NCBI GenBank assembly: GCA_964410395.1
Contig: CAYPGS010000018.1
Location: 1-64,000 of the forward strand
Reading direction: 5' to 3'
DNA: 64,000 nucleotides
From: an uncultured bacterium
GTDB taxonomy: Bacteria > Krumholzibacteriota > Krumholzibacteriia > JACNKJ01
How positions within the stretch are numbered: the first letter of the stretch is position 1; each line of letters starts with the position of its first letter. The position numbers were made by a program, and so were the translations under genes. The notes beneath the pieces were generated by a model. That model had not been told where the DNA came from. It searched no databases and saw only the letters and a list, made by a program, of their open reading frames with translations. This document shows positions 27,006 through 35,429 of the stretch, one piece after another.

Positions 27006-28424
27006 ATGGCGCGCAAGAGAATCGTCATCATGGGCGCGGCGGGCCGCGACTTCCACAACTTCAACGTCCTCTATCGCGACAACGAGGACTACGAAGTCGT
27101 CGCCTTCACCGCCACGCAGATTCCCGATATCGAAGGCCGCAAGTACCCGGCCGCCCTGGCGGGCGATCTTTATCCCAAGGGCATCCCCATTCTCGCCGAG
27201 GAGGACCTGGGCGACATCATCGTCGAGTACGGCGTGGACGAGGTCGTCTTCGCCTACAGCGACGTGACCCACGAGCATGTGATGCACGCCGCCAGCTTCG
27301 TGAACGCCATGGGCCCGGACTTCCGTCTCATCGGCACCAGCGACACGATGATCGAGAGCAGCAAGCCGGTCATCTCCATCTGCGCCACGCGCACCGGCTG
27401 CGGCAAGAGCCAGACCACCCGCGCGGTGGTCGACGTGCTCAAGAGCATGGGCCTGAAGGTCGTCTCGATCCGCCACCCGATGCCCTACGGCGATCTGGCC
27501 AAGCAGGCCGTGCAGCGTTTCGCCACCCTGGCCGACCTGAAGAAGCACAAGTGCACCATCGAGGAGATGGAGGAGTACGAGCCTCACATCGTCGACGGCA
27601 ACGTGATCTACGCGGGCGTGGACTACGAGGCCATCCTCCGCGAGGCCGAGAAGGAAGCGGACGTCATCCTCTGGGACGGCGGCAACAACGACACCAGCTT
27701 CTACCTTCCCGACCTGCTCATCACCGTGGTGGACCCGCTTCGCCCGGGCCATGAGATCGCCTACTACCCCGGCGAGACCAACCTGCTTCAGGCCGACGTG
27801 GTGGTCATCAACAAGATCGACAGCGCCAGCCTCGACGATATCGAGGACGTGCGCGACACGGTGCGCCAGCTGAATCCCCTGGCCGTGATCGTCGACGCCG
27901 CCAGCCCGGTGAGCGTGGAGGATCCCGAGGTCATCGAGGGCAAGCGCGTGCTCGTGGTCGAGGACGGTCCCACCCTGACCCACGGCGAGATGAAACTCGG
28001 CGCGGGCACCGTGGCCGCCCTCAAGCACGGCGCTCAGCCTGTGGATCCCCGCCCCTACCTGAAGGGCACGCTCATCGACACCTTCGAGAAGTACTCGGAG
28101 ATCGGCGTGCTGCTTCCGGCCATGGGATACGGCGGACAGCAGGTCAAAGACCTCGAGGCCACCATCAAGGCCACCGAGTGCGACGCCGTGGTCATCGGCA
28201 CGCCCATCGATCTGCGCCGCGTGGTGAAGATCGACAAGCCCAGCACCCGCGTGACCTATGAGCTGAACCCCATCGGCCGTCCGGATATCGAGGACGTGGT
28301 CGGCGCCTTCCTCCATCAGTACGCCGAGGAGCACGCTCCGAAGCCCAAGCCGAAGGCGAAGAAGAAGGCCGCCAAGAAAGCCACTAAGAAGACGGCCAAG
28401 AAGAAGACTTCGAAGAAGAAGTAG
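27006..28424 (+). CDS. P-loop GTPase-like protein, possibly of the cyclic 2,3-diphosphoglycerate synthetase family, with a Lys-rich histone-H1-like C-terminal tail
   Basis: RIVIMGAAGRDFHNFN N-terminus; P-loop CATRTGCGKSQTT; NKID (G4-like) motif; last 27 residues PKPKAKKKAAKKATKKTAKKKTSKKK. Family assignment is from memory, so tentative. Confidence 0.45.
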   Translation: MARKRIVIMGAAGRDFHNFNVLYRDNEDYEVVAFTATQIPDIEGRKYPAALAGDLYPKGIPILAEEDLGDIIVEYGVDEVVFAYSDVTHEHVMHAASFVNAMGPDFRLIGTSDTMIESSKPVISICATRTGCGKSQTTRAVVDVLKSMGLKVVSIRHPMPYGDLAKQAVQRFATLADLKKHKCTIEEMEEYEPHIVDGNVIYAGVDYEAILREAEKEADVILWDGGNNDTSFYLPDLLITVVDPLRPGHEIAYYPGETNLLQADVVVINKIDSASLDDIEDVRDTVRQLNPLAVIVDAASPVSVEDPEVIEGKRVLVVEDGPTLTHGEMKLGAGTVAALKHGAQPVDPRPYLKGTLIDTFEKYSEIGVLLPAMGYGGQQVKDLEATIKATECDAVVIGTPIDLRRVVKIDKPSTRVTYELNPIGRPDIEDVVGAFLHQYAEEHAPKPKPKAKKKAAKKATKKTAKKKTSKKK

Positions 28425-28521
28425 AACTTCGAACCTGAACTTGTACGTGAACCTGAACTCCCCCCACCCTGCCGGGCGGGGGGGGGTTTCTTTGTCCAAG
28501 TTCATGTCCACGTTCAATAGA

Positions 28522-28552
28522 AAAAGCCGGGACGCCACGCGTCGTCCCGGCC
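28522..28552 (-). terminator. Rho-independent terminator for the minus-strand gene ending at 28608 (GGCCGGGACGacgcgtgGCGTCCCGGCTTTTT on the minus strand)
   Basis: Hairpin plus T-run read on the minus strand. A separate plus-strand hairpin plus T-run at ~28455-28480 terminates the upstream plus-strand gene. Confidence 0.4.
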
Positions 28553-28607
28553 ACCCTTTCCCGCCATCGAATCCACAGCTATTCGGCGGGACCCCCGAGT
28601 GAGAAAC

Positions 28608-30032
28608 CTAGAAGATCTTGCTCAGATCCATCCCCTTCCTGATCGAGGATCGCGTGGCATAGGTGCGGTCCTCCGCCTGCCCGAATATCCGGTAGAGGAA
28701 CCAGCCCGAGTGGATACCGAAGGCTTCCAGCAGCGCACGTTGGGCGTAGCGAAGGGCACCGCCCGCGCCGTGGCCGCGGAAGTACTGCTCGAAAAAAGCC
28801 ATGCGGAAGATGCGCGCCTCGCGGGCGTCGCGGAAGGCGGCCAGGGGCGATAGCACGCGGCGATAGCCGCGGGCAAGCAACCGACCCGCGAAGTCTTCGG
28901 CGTCCACGGGTTCTTCCCATTCGTTGGGCTTCTCCAGGAAGATCAGGTCGCCGCCCCCTTCGCCGTCTTCGCTAAGCAGCTTCTCCCAGGCCTCGATGCC
29001 TTCCGCGTAGAACACCGAATGGACGGACTCCGCGTCGCCATCCTCCACCAATTCGGCGCCGCCGCGATGGAGGAGATTGCGAAGCTCCTGATGAAGTCCG
29101 CTTCGACGTTCCTCTTCCGCGCGAACCTCGATGCGATAGGCCGCGTCGCCGGCCTGTGCACGTCCGCCCAGCACGTAGAAGCTCGAACCGCGAGGGAAGA
29201 TGAAGCGCTCGCCCAGGAAGGTGGAACCGTCCCGGAGCAGCTCCCATGGCAGACGCTGCAGAAGACCCGAACCGAGGACGCGAAGAATCCCCGGCAGGTC
29301 CTCCAGCTCCTCGCCCGGCTCCAGCGCGCCGGTGAAGGCCTTGGACATGGGTGCAGCCAGGAGCCCGAGGGCGTCGTCCAGGGGACGTCCGTCGCGATAG
29401 TCCTCGAGCAGCCTCTCCAGAGCCTGCTCCAGGTCCAGGCCCACGGGCAGCACCGGCCTCAGCGCCCCCTCCAGATTTCCCGCCGCGATCTCACGACCGG
29501 AATCGGGTCGAGGCGCGGCAGCGGCTCCCCGGCGCCGCTGCAGGAAACGCCGAAGATACTCGGCGCGGAGATCGTCTTCCTCCACCAGGAGGCGCAGTCG
29601 GATGCGGCCCTCGCCTTCCTCGTTCCAGCTCTCCCAAAGAGCCTCCACCAGCTCCGTGAAGTCCTCTCCCGCGTCGGCGAACTGGCCTATGGGGAACGCC
29701 AGGTCACGCAGGGCAAGGACACGCGCATGCCGGAAAGAGTCGCCCAGGCGCTTGCGTAGCAGCTTCCTGCTCGCTTCGCCCTGTGCGGGAAGGCTGAGAT
29801 GCAGAAGGAAACGCAGGGGCAGCATGCCGGCCGATGTCAGTCGGATGTCGCGATCCTCGGGATACTCCCTCAGCTGGGCGAGCACGCCGGGGGCGCCCTC
29901 TTCCAGCAAGGACGGCAGAACGCCTTCGTCTCCACGCCAGGGAAGGACGAGAGCGTCTGCAGACACTTCGCGCGGATCGCGCAGGGCGACTTCGACACCG
30001 GGTCGAGTTTTATCGAGGAGTTTCGGGCACAT
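28608..30032 (-). CDS. Hypothetical protein
   Basis: Long minus-strand ORF with protein-like composition. The plus-strand alternative (29019..29759) is Q/R-rich and less plausible. No strong RBS; start uncertain (TTG 30050 or ATG 30032). Confidence 0.4.
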   Translation of the reverse strand: MCPKLLDKTRPGVEVALRDPREVSADALVLPWRGDEGVLPSLLEEGAPGVLAQLREYPEDRDIRLTSAGMLPLRFLLHLSLPAQGEASRKLLRKRLGDSFRHARVLALRDLAFPIGQFADAGEDFTELVEALWESWNEEGEGRIRLRLLVEEDDLRAEYLRRFLQRRRGAAAAPRPDSGREIAAGNLEGALRPVLPVGLDLEQALERLLEDYRDGRPLDDALGLLAAPMSKAFTGALEPGEELEDLPGILRVLGSGLLQRLPWELLRDGSTFLGERFIFPRGSSFYVLGGRAQAGDAAYRIEVRAEEERRSGLHQELRNLLHRGGAELVEDGDAESVHSVFYAEGIEAWEKLLSEDGEGGGDLIFLEKPNEWEEPVDAEDFAGRLLARGYRRVLSPLAAFRDAREARIFRMAFFEQYFRGHGAGGALRYAQRALLEAFGIHSGWFLYRIFGQAEDRTYATRSSIRKGMDLSKIF

Positions 30033-30256
30033 ACGCCCGACGGAGAGCAAGGAAAGTGACAGGCCGCGTTCGGTTTATGGCAAGGATTCAGGACGCGGCG
30101 GTCCGCGCTGCGAGGACGATTGTCCCAAACGGAGACGGCTTCATCAGGATTGCCGCGACTTCCTCGACGGGCGGATTTCGACCAGTGACGACCTGCGAAA
30201 TCCCGCCGCAGCCAGAGGAGGGTTTCTAGGGAAAAGGAGCGCCGCTTGGCTCCGCG

Positions 30257-31066
30257 CTAGAATTCCTCTACCCGCGAAATTTCTTTGGCCGAACCGAACT
30301 CGAATCGCCGTTCACCGCAGATTTCCGAGCTCACGCGGCATCGGAAGCAGGCAGATTTTACATCGCAGATGGAAGAAAGTCCTATGCGCTCATCGCCGGT
30401 GGCGAAGATCTCGAGCAGGAAGTCCACTTCCTCCACGCTTCGTCCGGATGCGGCGGCCATGTCCACGATGGCCTTCTCGATTCCTTCGAGGTCGAGAGAT
30501 CCGTCGACGAGGTCATTCATCCGCGATACAACCCTTCGCACGGCGGGCTGGGAGCCGGGCTTGCGGCGGCCCATCTCGCGGGCGAACTCGCGGGTCGCAT
30601 CTTCGGAGAGATAGCTGAACATCTCTTCCATGCCCGCGGCGAGGTCTTCCTCGCTTTCGAAGGACTCGACGAGATCGGACAGGGAGCCGAAGTCACCCTG
30701 AAGCATCACGGCCGTGCGGGCGTTCTTGGCCACCGAGCGGATCTGCTGAAGGTTGAGTCCGAGGCTCTCGTCCGCGGCCATGACCTTCTTGTCCTTCTCC
30801 TCCATTTCCGCGAGCACCTGCAGATTTCCGAGCTTCTCCCGGATCATGGGCTGCATGGCGTGGGAATACTTGAAGCGATTGAAACCAAAGCGCAGCATCT
30901 GAAGTACGATGGACATCCAAATCTCATCGTCACTGGTCTTGGCCGCCTCCCAGCGAGCCACTTCGTCCTGCACGAAAGCCTGCGGATCGGGGGTCTCGTC
31001 GCCCAAGCTGTCTTCACGAAGGGTTTCGACGATCTCCTCATAGAGCTTCTTCAAGCGAGCATCCAT
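30257..31066 (-). CDS. Hypothetical protein with C-terminal Cys cluster (possible zinc ribbon)
   Basis: GGAG RBS before ATG 31066; acidic helical protein; C-terminal ICDVKSACFRCRVSSEICGE. Confidence 0.5.
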   Translation of the reverse strand: MDARLKKLYEEIVETLREDSLGDETPDPQAFVQDEVARWEAAKTSDDEIWMSIVLQMLRFGFNRFKYSHAMQPMIREKLGNLQVLAEMEEKDKKVMAADESLGLNLQQIRSVAKNARTAVMLQGDFGSLSDLVESFESEEDLAAGMEEMFSYLSEDATREFAREMGRRKPGSQPAVRRVVSRMNDLVDGSLDLEGIEKAIVDMAAASGRSVEEVDFLLEIFATGDERIGLSSICDVKSACFRCRVSSEICGERRFEFGSAKEISRVEEF

Positions 31067-31239
31067 GACACACTCCGACATAGCGTCTTGGGTGAAAGCA
31101 AAATGCATTGGGAAATTGATGAACGGAAGGTGCGCATACTATAGGCAATTCCCCGGGCGGATGCCAGAGGAAAGCCACGGCCTTGCCAGGCCCCCTGGCC
31201 CATGCTAGATTCCGCGCGACCTTGTCCCAGAGGTGGAGA

Positions 31240-32256
31240 ATGAGCCTAAAAACGACCCTGGCCCTGCTGGTTCCACTCGCCCTGATGCTGACGGCCGGGC
31301 CCCTGGCGGCCGAGGGTAAGGTGGATGCCCACAGCCGTCTGCAGGAACTGGCCAAGAAGGCCAAGAAGAGCGGTGAGGAGGCCTCCGAGGCCCTCGAGGC
31401 CGTGGATCTGCCGGAGGGCGTGATCCGGTTCACCTCGAACTCGGCCCGCCAGTCCATGCCCGACTGGGACCCCAGCGGAGAGTGGATCTATTTCGCCGAA
31501 AAGGGCGGCGGACCCAGTCGCATCATGCGCCAGGCTCTGAGCGAGGCCGAAGCCGACACCGTAGTCGCCGCTTCCTATTTCAATTCCTCGCAGCCGGCCG
31601 TCTCCCCGGATGGCGAGTTTCTCGCCTACCAGACCCGCAAGCTCGACACGGCCAATTCGGTTTGGATCCGCCGTCTGGCGGACGGCGTCGAAGGCAAGCT
31701 CGTCGACGACCAGGAGACCATCGAGAGCGGACCGGCCTGGAACAAGCTGGGCGGGAAACTCTACTTCAACCGCAAGACCACGAACTCCGAGTATCATCGA
31801 GCCGTGAGCTGTCTCAAGAACGGTGACGCCCTCAAGGTCGTCGGTCGTGAGCAGGGCAGCTACTTCAATCCATCCGTGAACGAGGACGGCAGCGAGGTGG
31901 CCTGGCTGCACCGGCTGGGACGCGAATCGAAAATCGTGATCATGAACGTCGAACTGACCGCCCTCTCCCGCGAGGTGATCACTCCCGGCTACACGGTGGC
32001 CTCCATGGATTGGCTTCCCGATGGTCGCCGGATGGTCGTGTCCTACATGGACAACAGCAACCCCGATCACGGCTTCGACCTCGGCGTGCTGGATCTCGGT
32101 AGTGGAAGCATCGAGGCCCTGCTCGACCTCGGCCACTACGATTCGGATCCCTGCGTCTCGCCGGACGGCCGGAAGGTGGTATTCGTGGCGAATCCGAAGA
32201 AGCAGCAGGATCTCTACATTCTCAGCCTACCCGCGCAGTTCATTTCGGAGGACTAG
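31240..32256 (+). CDS. TolB-like periplasmic beta-propeller (PD40 repeat) protein
   Basis: Signal peptide [24 protein letters not shown]; repeated SPDG.. units ([23 protein letters not shown]). Confidence 0.7.
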   Translation: MSLKTTLALLVPLALMLTAGPLAAEGKVDAHSRLQELAKKAKKSGEEASEALEAVDLPEGVIRFTSNSARQSMPDWDPSGEWIYFAEKGGGPSRIMRQALSEAEADTVVAASYFNSSQPAVSPDGEFLAYQTRKLDTANSVWIRRLADGVEGKLVDDQETIESGPAWNKLGGKLYFNRKTTNSEYHRAVSCLKNGDALKVVGREQGSYFNPSVNEDGSEVAWLHRLGRESKIVIMNVELTALSREVITPGYTVASMDWLPDGRRMVVSYMDNSNPDHGFDLGVLDLGSGSIEALLDLGHYDSDPCVSPDGRKVVFVANPKKQQDLYILSLPAQFISED

Positions 32257-32257
32257 G

Positions 32258-33022
32258 GTGCCCGACTCGCAAAAAGTCATCGTGGTCATGCCGGCCTACA
32301 ACGCCGAGAGCACACTCGAGCGCACCCTGCGCGACATCCCCGCCGGCAGCGTGGACGAGGTCATCCTCGTGGACGACTGCAGCGCCGACAACACGGTGGA
32401 GCTGGCGAGAAGCCTCGGCATCACCGTCATCGAGCACGACGAGAACCGCGGCTACGGGGCCAACCAGAAGACCTGCTATCGCGAGGCCCTGGATCGTGGC
32501 GCGGACATCGTGGTGATGATCCATCCGGACTATCAGTATGACGCGAGCCTGGTGCCCGCCATCGTCGAACTGCTGCAGGGCGATCACTGCGACGTGATTC
32601 TCGGCAACCGGATCCGCTCCAGGCGGGAAGCTCTGGACGGCGGCATGCCCGTGTACAAGTATCTCGCCAATCGCCTGCTCACCATCGTCGAGAATCTCTG
32701 GACCGGCGAGAACCTGGGCGAGTGGCACTCGGGCCTGCGCGCCTACAAGCGCGAGGTCCTGGAGATGCTGCCCTGGGAGCTCAACAGCGACGACTTCGTC
32801 TTCGACAGTCAGTTCCTCGTGCAATGCGTGCACTTCGGTTTCCGCATCGGCGACCTGCCGGTGCCGGTGCGCTACATGCGCGAGGCCAGCAGCATCAACT
32901 TCACCCGCAGCATGGAATACGGAATGCTTACCCTCGAGGTCTTCGTGCGCTGGACCCTGCACAAGTGGAAATGGCGCAAGGACAGCCTCTTCACCGAGGA
33001 GGCGGCGAGCCCGCCGCTCTAG
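32258..33022 (+). CDS. Family-2 glycosyltransferase (DPM1-like)
   Basis: [14 protein letters not shown].. with DDCSxD and a DxD-like motif; GTG start 7 nt after GGAGGA. Directly follows the TolB-like gene. Confidence 0.7.
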   Translation: MPDSQKVIVVMPAYNAESTLERTLRDIPAGSVDEVILVDDCSADNTVELARSLGITVIEHDENRGYGANQKTCYREALDRGADIVVMIHPDYQYDASLVPAIVELLQGDHCDVILGNRIRSRREALDGGMPVYKYLANRLLTIVENLWTGENLGEWHSGLRAYKREVLEMLPWELNSDDFVFDSQFLVQCVHFGFRIGDLPVPVRYMREASSINFTRSMEYGMLTLEVFVRWTLHKWKWRKDSLFTEEAASPPL

Positions 33023-33078
33023 TTTCCTGCGATCGCGATAAATGTTATAATCCCCTCGCCCCGAGCGAGGAGGATGTG

Positions 33079-33660
33079 ATGAGGTATTTGGCGATTGCCT
33101 TCCTATTGATTCCCGCCGTCGTTCAGGCCAACTCCATCGGAGTCTACAACCTGGGCGGCCCCTACGATCCCGGCGGCGGCTGAGGCAGCGGTTGGCACTG
33201 CGGGACGGTCGTCCCCTACGTACCCACCGATCTGGTCGTCGTCGCGAATTTCACGCTTGAAGAGGGCATCACGGCCGCCGAGTTCAGAATCGACAATCTC
33301 CCCACCAATGACGGATATCCTTCCGGAACGGTCACCGTGAGCTCCACCTCCGACCTGGTCATCGGTGACTTGTGGTGGGATTTCTCCATCGCATGGTCCG
33401 AGCCCGTCGGGGCCGGCCTGGGCTACGCGGTCATCGCCGAGATCGAATTGCTCATGTTCGATCCGGCCTGGATCGGTTCGGACCGATGGCTCCAGGTTGC
33501 GCCGGGCTACGACTGCGACTGCCTGGTACTCGTCGACTCGATGTTCGATACCCATGATGCCTGGGGAGACACCATGATCCTGAACTGCAATGCCGATTGC
33601 TGGATGTGCCTGACGGCCACGGCGGAAAGCAGCTGGTCGGAAGTGAAGTTGCTCTACTAG
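33079..33660 (+). pseudogene. Cys-rich secreted protein, family member F (tail ..SSWSEVKLLY), interrupted by an in-frame TGA at 33181-33183
   Basis: Strong RBS GAGGAGG and signal peptide MRYLAIAFLLIPAVVQA. The ORF then hits a TGA after 34 codons and continues in the same frame with no further stop through the body, which is homologous to member G. The TGA aligns with a Trp of member G (..DDVWGSECH vs ..GGG*GSGWHC). Confidence 0.5.
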
Positions 33661-34163
33661 ATTCCGAACCAGTGTCCCATCAGAGGTGTGCCCGCGTAAC
33701 GCAGAATCAGCGTGACCAGGGCCATCGAGAAAGAGAATGGCGCGGTGAAGCGCATCAGGGGCATGAGCCGCGCCAATACCAGGGCCAGCACGAAGATCAG
33801 GATGATGGCCAGTGGCCCGACGAAGGCGCCCACCATGGCGATGAGGGCGTAGTCCTCGCCCAGCAGTTTCTCCTTTTCCGGCCGGTCCCCCGACAGTCCC
33901 CTCATGAGGCCCGGCACCAGGGCCAGGATTCCCGAGACCAGGTAGCCCGCCACGATTCCCAGGCCCGAGTGTGACCAGGCGAAATCCGGCGTACGGATCA
34001 GGTAGATGGTCGACAGCACGGCCAGCACCATGCCGAGATAGCTGATCCAGTAGGGCAGCCGCCCGCGTTTCCAGTCATTGGCCAGCAGGGCGCCCAGAAG
34101 GGCGAGGAAGACGATTTCGCGGACGAAAATCATGACGGTCTCCAAGGGGGAGCAGCCAGCCAC
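33657..34163 (-). CDS. Small A24-family prepilin-peptidase-like membrane protein (CpaA/TadV/FlaK-like), tentative
   Basis: Polytopic membrane protein with the two Asp motifs of A24 peptidases (NDWKRGRLPY ~ D..R.IPN, and GEDYALIAMVGAFVG ~ GGDxKLLAALGAWLG). Convergent with member F, overlapping it by 4 bp. Confidence 0.45.
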   Translation of the reverse strand: MAGCSPLETVMIFVREIVFLALLGALLANDWKRGRLPYWISYLGMVLAVLSTIYLIRTPDFAWSHSGLGIVAGYLVSGILALVPGLMRGLSGDRPEKEKLLGEDYALIAMVGAFVGPLAIILIFVLALVLARLMPLMRFTAPFSFSMALVTLILRYAGTPLMGHWFGI

Positions 34164-34313
34164 CAGCGGCCAGCTGCCAGCCAGATCATACTAAACCCAG
34201 GGATCTCGGCAATAGGGAAGACCAGTGCCCAGGAATCAAAAACCCCTTGCAGGATACGGGGCCCTCACCTAGTGTGCCGGAAGTTTAAGCGAACCCCACC
34301 CCGACTGGACTCG

Positions 34314-35429
34314 ATGCAGGCCACCATCGCTCTCGAAAACGGCCGCGTTTTCCGCGGTCGATTGCTGGGCGCGCCGCGCGAAGCGGGCGGGGAACTCGTT
34401 TTCCACACCGGGATGACCGGCTACCAGGAAATCCTCACCGATCCGAGCTACGCTGGCCAGATCGTCCTCTTCACCGCCTCCCACATCGGCAACTACGGCA
34501 TCCAGGCCGGGGATGACGAGTCCCGCCGCATCCAGCCCGCGGCCATGGTGGTGCGCGACTTCTGCCGCCGCAGCTTCCACCGACGTTCCGAGCGCGGGCT
34601 CGACGAGGTCTTGCGGCGCGCCGGCGTACCCGCCCTGTCCGACGTCGACACCCGCGCCCTGGTGCACCTCATCCGCGAGGAGGGCAACCTTCGCGCATGG
34701 ATCGGCCATGGGGATCCCGAGAATCTCGTCGAGAAAGCTCGGGCCCTGCCTCCCATGGGCGAGGTGGACTGGGTATCCCGAGTGACCAGCCGGGAGCCCT
34801 GGGCCCTGGAACCCGAGGGGGATACGTCCGAACCCTGGGAAGTGGCGGTGCTCGATCTGGGCGTGAAGAGGAGCATCCTCGACAGCCTTGCGGCGAGGGG
34901 ATGCCGCCTGCGGATCTATCCCGCCGGCACCGATATCGACTCATTGACGTCCCCTCCCACGGAGGGGATTTTCATTAGCAACGGTCCCGGCGATCCGGCT
35001 TCGCTGCCTTGGGTGGTGGCCAGCGTCGAGAAGCTCCTGGAGTCGGAACTGCCCCTCTTCGGCATCTGCCTGGGCCACCAGGTGCTCGCCCGCGCCCTGG
35101 GTGCCCGGACCGAGCGCCTGCCCTTCGGACACCATGGGGCAAATCATCCCGTGCAACGCCTGTCGGACGGACGGGTCGAGATCAGCAGCCAGAATCACAA
35201 TTACTGCGTGCCGCGAGAATCCCTGGTGGGCACCGGCGCCGAGGTGACCCACCTCAGCCTCAACGATCACAGCGTCGAGGGACTGGAACTGCCGGGCCGT
35301 CCGGTCTATTCGGTGCAGTATCACCCCGAAGCGGCTCCCGGACCCAGCGACAGCCTCTACCTCTTCGATCGATTCATCCGTGAGATGCGTGCGCGTAGGA
35401 ATGCGATTGCCCAAGGAAAGGGTGCCTGA
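34314..35429 (+). CDS. carA: Carbamoyl-phosphate synthase small (glutaminase) subunit
   Basis: CPSase small-subunit N-terminal domain plus class-I GATase triad ([11 protein letters not shown].. H..E). Confidence 0.9.
   Translation: MQATIALENGRVFRGRLLGAPREAGGELVFHTGMTGYQEILTDPSYAGQIVLFTASHIGNYGIQAGDDESRRIQPAAMVVRDFCRRSFHRRSERGLDEVLRRAGVPALSDVDTRALVHLIREEGNLRAWIGHGDPENLVEKARALPPMGEVDWVSRVTSREPWALEPEGDTSEPWEVAVLDLGVKRSILDSLAARGCRLRIYPAGTDIDSLTSPPTEGIFISNGPGDPASLPWVVASVEKLLESELPLFGICLGHQVLARALGARTERLPFGHHGANHPVQRLSDGRVEISSQNHNYCVPRESLVGTGAEVTHLSLNDHSVEGLELPGRPVYSVQYHPEAAPGPSDSLYLFDRFIREMRARRNAIAQGKGA

Noticed and set aside
26949-28538. 529-aa minus-strand ORF opposite the P-loop GTPase gene
   Set aside because: The plus-strand gene has an RBS, P-loop and terminator. 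The antisense translation is Gly/Ala/Leu/Val low-complexity.
29019-29759. 246-aa plus-strand ORF as an alternative to the minus-strand hypothetical gene 28608..30032
   Set aside because: Gln/Arg/Ala-rich with a less protein-like composition. The longer minus-strand ORF has its own downstream terminator hairpin, so it was preferred, though with low confidence.
33181-33183. Genome-wide reassignment of TGA (to Trp or Gly, as in Mycoplasma or SR1/Gracilibacteria) as the explanation for the in-frame TGAs
   Set aside because: TGA clearly terminates many well-defined genes here (ACAD, exonuclease, carA, etc.), so any TGA decoding must be local (Sec) or the sites are mutations or errors.
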